Below are positions 17,908 through 24,060 of a stretch of 32,000 nt of DNA, in pieces. Made by a program: the position numbers and the translations under genes. Within the stretch, counting starts at the first letter, position 1; the number at the start of each line of letters is the position of its first letter. The notes beneath the pieces are model-generated. The model was given only the letters and a program-made list of their open reading frames with translations, was not told the DNA's origin and did not search any database. Origin of the DNA: Cereibacter sphaeroides 2.4.1 (lineage in GTDB: Bacteria; Pseudomonadota; Alphaproteobacteria; Rhodobacterales; Rhodobacteraceae); the NCBI RefSeq assembly GCF_000012905.2, contig NC_007493.2, forward strand, positions 1,680,001 through 1,712,000, given 5' to 3'.

Positions 17908-18294
17908 TTAGAGGCTGAATGACTTAGGCTTGAAGTATTCTCGATTACGCTCGGATATTACTTGTTTCCAATCCATTTCCGGGATTGGCCAGCCGGTATC
18001 ATAATCAATGATAGGATCAAATCCGATTAGCCCGTTACTCTCACGTTGCGTTTTCGATCTATGGCAGTCCTTACAAAGCATCCAGAGATTGCTTAGATCA
18101 TCCGTTCCACCACTGTTGACGTTTTGAAGATGGTCGCAGTCTGAGGCCAAGACGATCCTGCCTGTAAGCATGAAACAGCGGACGCATATTCCTTGATCTC
18201 GATTGCGGACGATATCCCGGTTCTTCCGGTAAGCCGCAGTCACCTTGCGCTTTGAACTACTCCAATTGGATTGCTTGCGGTTTGTCATCGCCAT
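17908..18294 (-). CDS. Terminase-associated HNH endonuclease (HK97 gp74-like role)
   Basis: 128 aa containing CVRC...CDHLQNVNSGGTDDLSNLWMLCKDCHRSKT. It lies upstream of TerS/TerL, as in cos-type HK97-like phages. Confidence 0.85.
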   Translation of the reverse strand: MAMTNRKQSNWSSSKRKVTAAYRKNRDIVRNRDQGICVRCFMLTGRIVLASDCDHLQNVNSGGTDDLSNLWMLCKDCHRSKTQRESNGLIGFDPIIDYDTGWPIPEMDWKQVISERNREYFKPKSFSL

Positions 18295-18649
18295 TAGTCA
18301 TAATCGGAAGATGTGTTGCGGTGATCTTGTTCGCGGAAATCGGTCCATCAATGATATTTGGTCCGCGCGGGTTGATGTGGTCGTTGATGCGCGCCAGCAC
18401 GTCGGCCAGATAGGCCTGTGGGTCGAGGCCGCTCAGTTTCGCGCTCTCAGCCTCATCGTCTAGGAGAGTGTTCAACGCTTCCCCTACTGCATCGGCTGGT
18501 GTTGGATGAATGGTTGAATACCGAACGCCATTGGCCATCGCTATCCAACCAGACTCACAATAACAAATCAGGAATTCGCCTTTTGTAATCTCGCGAACCT
18601 CTCTCATGAGATCCGCAAGATGGTGTTGATCGATCTTATCGGGTTGCAT
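18257..18649 (-). CDS. Hypothetical protein carrying an IS66-transposase C-terminal-like segment
   Basis: 130 aa. Residues ~69-96 (AKLSGLDPQAYLADVLARINDHINPRG) resemble the conserved C-terminus of IS66-family transposases. That segment coincides with a local GC-rich patch. Confidence 0.5.
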   Translation of the reverse strand: MQPDKIDQHHLADLMREVREITKGEFLICYCESGWIAMANGVRYSTIHPTPADAVGEALNTLLDDEAESAKLSGLDPQAYLADVLARINDHINPRGPNIIDGPISANKITATHLPIMTNGDDKPQAIQLE

Positions 18650-19097
18650 CGTAGACTTGATCGCTGATCTCGTTTGAGACGCCGCGAACCCTCATGGATG
18701 CAGAACGGATGCGTAAAGCTTCGAAAATCTTGTTACGCAAGGCATCATCGGCATTTTGCTGGAACGTGAGGATCTTCTTAATGGATGGGGTAGGATCGAA
18801 GTTCGGCAGGATACCCGCGATTTGAGCATTGGTAAGGATTCTAATTTCTTTTTGAAGGTTATCGATCTCGCTACGGATGAGTGATCGAATGACGATATCT
18901 TCGATCTTGCGCCATTCTCCATGGGCATAGATGAAAAAGGCTTTATGCATAGTGTCAAAGCGGATTGATCCTGCATGATCGGTCATGATGCGGTCGGCAA
19001 TGCCCTTAATCGAGACCGGGCAGTCGATGGCCTTTGAGACTTGGGCAGCGGTGTAATTCGTGCCGCATTTCGCATTAATTTTTTGGTGATCTAGCAT
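18636..19097 (-). CDS. Hypothetical protein
   Basis: 153 aa, first gene of the minus-strand block after the 19.1-19.6 kb gap. No family was recognised with confidence. Confidence 0.55.
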   Translation of the reverse strand: MLDHQKINAKCGTNYTAAQVSKAIDCPVSIKGIADRIMTDHAGSIRFDTMHKAFFIYAHGEWRKIEDIVIRSLIRSEIDNLQKEIRILTNAQIAGILPNFDPTPSIKKILTFQQNADDALRNKIFEALRIRSASMRVRGVSNEISDQVYDATR

Positions 19098-19133
19098 TGT
19101 TTTTTTCCCTGTGTGTTGGTGTTGTTATTATTT

Positions 19134-19274
19134 TCAGATGAGAAGGATTAGGGCGATGTAAGCTTTGTGGGCGAACATGAAGGCCCATGAGGCAGCTAAT
19201 AGAGCCTCGATAGGATTTGCCGTTGCCTTGTCCGAGATTGAGCGTGTGACTGTTTCAATAAGACTGGATGGCAT
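19134..19274 (-). CDS. Possible 46-aa small protein with a hydrophobic C-terminus (below the track cutoff)
   Basis: My own translation is MPSSLIETVTRSISDKATANPIEALLAASWAFMFAHKAYIALILLI. GAAGGA lies 6 nt upstream of the ATG at 19274. Confidence 0.3.
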   Translation of the reverse strand: MPSSLIETVTRSISDKATANPIEALLAASWAFMFAHKAYIALILLI

Positions 19275-19500
19275 GGCAAATCCTTCGGTTAATGGTTACT
19301 GTTACGAAAATGAGGGAAGCGCCATTACGCCTGCATTATGAAATGGCTTATGACTTCGGCGGCGATAAACGCCTTTCGCTTTCCTCATGAATGTATTTAG
19401 TAATCCGAGGATGCCGAAATTGTCGTTTCAGACGTTCGGATGGAAATTTATTTGAGGAAATGAATTGATGTTGCGTAATGGCAACAATGTGCAATGGGGA

Positions 19501-19542
19501 CAAAAAGAAGCCGGGTCTTACGGATTCATCATCCTGCCCGGC
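19501..19542 (-). terminator. Rho-independent terminator of the DUF2971-like gene
   Basis: The minus strand reads gccggg...(inner ggat/atcc stem)...cccggc followed by ttcttttt. Confidence 0.6.
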
Positions 19543-19619
19543 CAGTCACACACGGAGATTCCGATTGACGCAATGCTAAAACATCAACCGTGCTTTATTT
19601 AGGGGATCGGAAATTTGAG

Positions 19620-20552
19620 TTAGCGCCTAAGAGGGATTTCAGATACCTTCACTCGGAGTTGAGGGTTGTGATAGTGCTCGCTTGTCATAACCTGAATGAG
19701 CGCATCACTTATAACGTCGGGAAATGCCGTTGGTCCGACGATAATGTGATCCAAAATGTCGTTAAGGTTCAACGCGGAGTTGGCTCCATCTAGATTGAGG
19801 AGATAGACCTTCTGAGGGACTCCGCCAACCGAGGCGACCATACATGGAAGCTTGTTGTATGGGGTAGGACGGTGAATCACACGCCATTCCTGCTCCTCTT
19901 CGAATCCGGGATGTTTCGTGCTGAGAACTGCGGCATCCAGAGCACCAAAGAGATATGCTAGCGATAAGTCCTTATTCCCCTTCAATAGCTCAATATTTTC
20001 GGCAATGGATTCCATAACCTCCATGAATTCTCTACGGAACATGAAAGCGTCTGCGTAAAGAACCGGACTTAGTGTCGTGGCCGTGCTGTGATCGTTGAGC
20101 ACTTTTTCCCGATCAAATACCATAGCAACATTGGTGTTTCCACCATACGCTCGCCACATGGAGAGACGTCCAAGCTTATCCTCGCTAATAGCTCCGCCAT
20201 TAGGTCCATGCTCACTCAAGCATGTCAGGTAGGTATCATGCAAATCGGTAGGCATTGCATAACGGATCATGATGCTGTTGAATGCTGTCGGGTGGATCTC
20301 GTTAACAAGGTTCGCAAATTGCTTTCCGACCGTATCAGAGTCCAAAACCTTTAGGAGACAATTCAGGCCATGTTCAATTTCATTGAAATCATTCATCACG
20401 GATGCATTCCGCAACCACACTGACTTGTTCTTCAATATCGAGACGGCGACTTCTGCACTTGTGTAATGTGCAAATTTCCTATCGTTATCACGGATTTTTT
20501 GCACCCGCTTATTATAATTGGGATAGAATATCTCTTGAATGTTCTTAGACAT
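19620..20552 (-). CDS. DUF2971-like protein (310 aa)
   Basis: I take the start as the ATG at 20552 (MSKNIQEIF...), which has GGAAG upstream. Recalled family motifs are present: FAHYTSAEVAVSILKNKSVWLRNASVMNDFNE, LSMWRAYGGNTNVAMVFD and KHPGFEEEQEWRVI. Confidence 0.75.
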   Translation of the reverse strand: MSKNIQEIFYPNYNKRVQKIRDNDRKFAHYTSAEVAVSILKNKSVWLRNASVMNDFNEIEHGLNCLLKVLDSDTVGKQFANLVNEIHPTAFNSIMIRYAMPTDLHDTYLTCLSEHGPNGGAISEDKLGRLSMWRAYGGNTNVAMVFDREKVLNDHSTATTLSPVLYADAFMFRREFMEVMESIAENIELLKGNKDLSLAYLFGALDAAVLSTKHPGFEEEQEWRVIHRPTPYNKLPCMVASVGGVPQKVYLLNLDGANSALNLNDILDHIIVGPTAFPDVISDALIQVMTSEHYHNPQLRVKVSEIPLRR

Positions 20553-20635
20553 GGCTGCTTCCGGCTGCGGTTGATGGTCCCTTCTGCTTCGCAAGGGCGA
20601 GGGCCAGCGGTCAAGCGTCAAGGGGCCTGTGAGGC

Positions 20636-20820
20636 ACTATGCGGCGGCGGCGGGGCACGGAACTGGCGTGGGGGGACGAGCGGAACGAGGGGGGCAAAGG
20701 ATTGGCGGAATGAGGGACGAGGGAACGAAGCGCAAGCGAAGTGACTGAGGATCGAATGCAGACGTTGACCGAATGAAGAAACGGAGCGGAACGCGGAGTG
20801 ACTGAATGAAAGGCAACGAT
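20636..20820 (+). other. Strand-asymmetric purine tract
   Basis: A hand count gives 133 of 180 nt as purines on the plus strand at 20641-20820, and T is rare. GGAACG, GAATG and AGTGACTGA recur, with about 11 GGA triplets and several G4-6 runs. Confidence 0.8.
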
Positions 20821-20830
20821 GTATCAATCA

Positions 20831-21431
20831 TGAGATCGGAACATGAGTCTGCTCTCGAATAGAGGTTGAGATCAGGATTTAAGACAAAGTAAACATTTTT
20901 GGTATTCTTAAGTGATTGATTTTATTGAATAAATCAAGGGTGTCATATGGATTTGTTTTTCTTAAGAAAATCGTTTAAGTGATTGATTTTATTGATTTAT
21001 TAAGAAATGGATGAATCGAGATTTGATGTTCATGGTTCTTGAATGGGTATTCCATCAATGAACATGACGAGAAGTGCATTTTGGCGTAAGTGAGCGAAGC
21101 GAACGGAACGCCACCTTTAATCCACATAGAGGTTTTGAGATCAGGAAAGGAGTCTTCTTTCAGATAAAGGTTTGAGATCAGGAAAGGAGTCTTCTTTCAC
21201 ATAGAGGTTTTGAGATCGGATAAACCTTTAATCCACATAGAGGTTTTGAGATCGGATAAACTGCATCGAATAAGGGTCACCATAAGCAATCTGGCCGCAG
21301 GCCGCGCGAAGCGCCAATGGAATCGTTTATCCAATAGAGATTTGGACTCATACAGATCGGATAAATGATCTATGCTCAGATAGAGATTTTGAGATATCAA
21401 ATTTCATCAGATAAAGGTATTTTGGATCTTC
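20831..21431 (+). repeat. Iteron-like repeat family with core ATAGAGGTTTTGAGATC
   Basis: Copies start near 20858, 21123, 21161, 21198, 21234, 21332, 21377 and 21408. Four tandem units at 21123-21263 have a 36-38 bp period. In those units the inter-core segments are pairwise duplicated: aggaaaggagtcttcttt twice and ggataaac twice. Confidence 0.85.
20908..20995 (+). repeat. Two perfect 21-bp direct repeats in an AT-rich segment
   Basis: ttaagtgattgattttattga occurs at 20908-20928 and 20975-20995. The first copy also forms the inverted repeat ttgattt-N8-aaatcaa. Confidence 0.9.
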
Positions 21432-21504
21432 AAACTTCCTTTCTCTAACTCAGATCTCATCTGGACCTTATAGTTAAGATTCTGATTATAGCTCTATTTC
21501 TATA

Positions 21505-21525
21505 GGGGGACGAAACCCCCATTTT
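21505..21525 (+). terminator. Short GC hairpin plus T-run (terminator-like, plus strand)
   Basis: ggggg-acgaaa-ccccc is followed by attttc. The stem is only 5 bp, so this is weak. Confidence 0.3.
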
Positions 21526-21526
21526 C

Positions 21527-21623
21527 GTGGTGACGATCCCGGTGACGATGTGGTGACGATCCCGGTGACGATGTGGTGACGAAACCCAACCATAAGTTGT
21601 ATGGTGACGATGTGGTGACGAAA
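21527..21623 (+). repeat. Array of seven GGTGACGA octamers
   Basis: Octamers start at 21529, 21541, 21552, 21564, 21575, 21603 and 21614. The spacings are 12, 11, 12, 11, 28 and 11 bp. The 23-bp unit gtggtgacgatcccggtgacgat is exactly duplicated. Confidence 0.9.
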
Positions 21624-22097
21624 CCTCAATCCTCCTCTCCTCTATCCGAGCAACCATACAGCCTCGATTTTCATCCTTATCCATCAACGCCTTCGATGCC
21701 ATTTACGAAATTCCGAAATCCATACTGTCGAAAAGTAGAAGTGCGAGCGAAGAAACACTTCATCTGAGCATCGTTCCATTGCGACTATCCCACTCGAATC
21801 CTTTACTTACGCATTCACATTCGTTATGTGCGGCATCGGCCTTACGTCGGTATGAATTCGATGTTGCTATTTTGCAACGCCAATCCGAGAAATGAAAAAA
21901 TTCATGATCGGACGCCCGATTTTGGGCAGTCGGATTCCTATATACTTCGTCAAAGGTTGAGAGACTTTCGATTGTTATTTTTGCTTTGTGAAGGGATGGG
22001 GAAGTCATGAGCCTCATCCCGACACTACCGAAAAGCAATAACAATCCCCTCACAAATTGGAGACAGCAAAAATGATTTAATACGAAGAGGACTCCCT

Positions 22098-23216
22098 ATG
22101 TGCAACAGCAAATTCCCATTATTAGATACGTTGCTTCGCTGCCGTTACTGCGGCATTCAGCTTGAGGCGACGACAAACGGTCGGCAGCGCAAGTTTTGCT
22201 GCGATAGCCACCGCAAGATGTTCAATAAACGCCAATCAACATCGTCGCTAGCAAAGCTTTATAAGGCTCTTGCAACCGAATTTTTCTCCATCAACAACGC
22301 CCATGATCGGCAAACTCAAATAGAAGAATGGGGCATCAAATACGCTTACTGGTGCAATGGCGAAATGCCTTCATTCTTCAAAACGAAGGAAGCTCTTCTA
22401 AACTCATTCATTCCACGAGATAAAGTTTGGAACGAGGAAGGTAAGAACATCAATGTTAGGCTTGTCGCCCATCTTCGCGAGAAGGTTCCGAATAAACAGA
22501 TCTACGACCGTCTAGCAGTTGTTCGCGCGTTCGGTCTTGAACCGTCTGCATCGCTTCTGGCAGAGCAAGACGCCACTGAGACCCCTGCCCCATCCAAGCC
22601 CGTAGAACGGTCACAGAAGCCCTCTGATCCTGCCAGCCTCATCCATGCTCCGAAGCCCGCAAAGCCCGTCCAGCCCGCTCCTGTAGAGGCTGACGAGGAT
22701 GCAGAGCTTCTAGCTGCTTTCTCGGAATTTTTCGGCGATGACTCTGACCGTAAGGAACCGGCTCCGGTAGCCTGCGAAGAAACTCGTCCTGCGCCGATCA
22801 AGATCAATCCGTCCTACGCCGCCTGTGTGAAGATGTCGTTCGACAAGATCGGAGACATTCGCGAGGATTTCTTGTTTCGCAAATTCGAGGAGTATGATTA
22901 TCCGCTGAAAGCCACTCTATCCGCAATGGTCGAAGAAGGATCAATCATTAAGACGAAGAAAGCCGAAGGAGTATTCTATCGTATCGCCAACAACGAAGCG
23001 AACGAGAAAGCCGATTTTTGGGCTGAATGCCTTCGTTATGCCAAAGGCGACATGACTAAGGCGAGGGCTTCTTTTAGAAACGTTTTCGATCTTTGGCCGT
23101 CAAAGGAAATTCAAGAAACTTCAGTGGATTTGTCCATTGAACCAAGTGTTGCGAACGTCAGGCGGATTGAAGAAGGGCGCAAGCGGTATTTTGACGAAAA
23201 GAAGAAGGCTGCGTAA
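22098..23216 (+). CDS. Zinc-ribbon (FCS/TRASH-like) protein with a Pro/acidic linker and a winged-helix-like C-terminal region; candidate DNA-binding regulator or initiator
   Basis: 372 aa, with AGAGGA 6 nt upstream of the ATG. The N-terminus has CRYC-x17-CCDSH. The linker is PAPSKPVERSQKPSDPASLIHAPKPAKPVQPAPVEADEDAE. The C-terminus has DYPLKATLSAMVEEGSIIKTKKAEGVFYRI. Confidence 0.75.
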   Translation: MCNSKFPLLDTLLRCRYCGIQLEATTNGRQRKFCCDSHRKMFNKRQSTSSLAKLYKALATEFFSINNAHDRQTQIEEWGIKYAYWCNGEMPSFFKTKEALLNSFIPRDKVWNEEGKNINVRLVAHLREKVPNKQIYDRLAVVRAFGLEPSASLLAEQDATETPAPSKPVERSQKPSDPASLIHAPKPAKPVQPAPVEADEDAELLAAFSEFFGDDSDRKEPAPVACEETRPAPIKINPSYAACVKMSFDKIGDIREDFLFRKFEEYDYPLKATLSAMVEEGSIIKTKKAEGVFYRIANNEANEKADFWAECLRYAKGDMTKARASFRNVFDLWPSKEIQETSVDLSIEPSVANVRRIEEGRKRYFDEKKKAA

Positions 23217-23217
23217 C

Positions 23218-23523
23218 ATGCAAATCAAAATCATCGGCCCATCGATGGGACCGACGTTACCGGAAGGCTCAGTTCACGACGTCAACTTAACCGATCAATT
23301 CGGGCTAGGTGATATAATCGTCTTCCCCGATCCGAAGGACAGTTCCCGCCTTCTAGTCAAACGACTTCTGCGGAGCGAAGATAAAGGGCTATTCGTCATT
23401 GGGGATAACGTGAGAAACAGCCGAGATAGTCGCCATTTTGGCTTGATCGATCCGGCATCAGTTATCGGGAAAATCGAAATTTGCCGGTTTCCAAAATTCG
23501 TTAATTCAACCTCAACCAAATAA
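23218..23523 (+). CDS. Anchorless S26 (signal peptidase I-like) serine peptidase, 101 aa
   Basis: The ATG is 1 nt after the upstream TAA. All S26 boxes are present: GPSMGPTL (Ser), GDIIVF, VKRL (Lys) and GDNVRNSRDSRHFG. There is no N-terminal hydrophobic anchor. Confidence 0.8.
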   Translation: MQIKIIGPSMGPTLPEGSVHDVNLTDQFGLGDIIVFPDPKDSSRLLVKRLLRSEDKGLFVIGDNVRNSRDSRHFGLIDPASVIGKIEICRFPKFVNSTSTK

Positions 23524-23586
23524 CACTTGCCAATCCGAAACAATGGAGCAATATATCCACTCATTAGAATCACACGGAGATTATCA

Positions 23587-23997
23587 ATGCTTAAATCAAT
23601 GACCCTCGCCATCTTCCTTGCCCTCGCCTCTACTTCGGCTCATGCGTTCCCGTTCCAATCTGAGACAATCGATTGTTCGAGCGAAGAAGCATTCAAGCAA
23701 TCTTTTGAGCGCATTGCCGAGAATGAGAGCAAAGTTGATACTACGGCAATCCTCTTCGGCACGATTCAAATGCTGTATGCGAACCTGCCGCCCGAACGTC
23801 GTGCCCGTCTATACGAAGGTGGAGGGCCAGTTGACAATCCGTTTCTAAATGTTGCTCAATCCCTCGAATATGCGTATGAGACCGATTTTCATCTGTCGCT
23901 TTCAGACGTGAAGGAATACGTCCGCGAGAATGGGCTTACCGAAATGGCTGCTCAGTGGATTGCCGAAAGGGAAGCCGAAGAAGCGAAGAAAGAGTGA
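23587..23997 (+). CDS. Secreted/periplasmic protein of unknown function with a Sec signal peptide
   Basis: I take the start at 23587 (MLKSMTLAIFLALASTSAHA|FPF), with GGAG 7 nt upstream. It has an A-X-A cleavage motif, and the mature part is helical and acidic. Confidence 0.7.
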   Translation: MLKSMTLAIFLALASTSAHAFPFQSETIDCSSEEAFKQSFERIAENESKVDTTAILFGTIQMLYANLPPERRARLYEGGGPVDNPFLNVAQSLEYAYETDFHLSLSDVKEYVRENGLTEMAAQWIAEREAEEAKKE

Positions 23998-24011
23998 CTA
24001 AATCAAAAAGA

Positions 24012-24045
24012 CAAAGCCCCCGGCAATCGCTAGGGGCTTCTTTCA
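24012..24045. terminator. Bidirectional terminator between convergent genes
   Basis: aagcccc-cggcaatcgcta-ggggctt is flanked by an A-run upstream and a T-run downstream. Confidence 0.7.
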
Positions 24046-24060
24046 TTGTTCGGCAGTTGA

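Noticed and set aside
20641-20725. Canonical G-quadruplex in the purine tract
   Set aside because: G runs of 3-6 exist, but the intervening loops are about 13-16 nt. That is longer than in canonical G4 motifs, so only a weak non-canonical G4 is possible.
21113-21263. Possible mini-CRISPR array (about 20-bp repeats alternating with about 17-bp unique-looking segments)
   Set aside because: The 'spacers' are duplicated pairwise (aggaaaggagtcttcttt twice, ggataaac twice) and far too short. The repeats are degenerate, and no cas genes or leader are present. A tandem iteron duplication fits better.
20618-21702. Track ORFs inside the repeat block (20618..20827 -, 20637..20831 -, 20466..20744 +, 21197..21400 -, 21457..21702 -, 21573..21767 +)
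   Set aside because: None has an RBS. Their translations are low-complexity or literally repeat the DNA repeats (for example VSSPHRHH twice), and the frames overlap one another.
21760-22053. A 97-aa minus-strand ORF divergent from the 372-aa gene, considered as a possible Cro/repressor-like partner
   Set aside because: No candidate start (GTG 22053, ATG 22017, ATG 22008) has a convincing SD at proper spacing, and I recognise no HTH or other motif. It remains possible but unsupported, and should be revisited if transcript or proteomic data exist.
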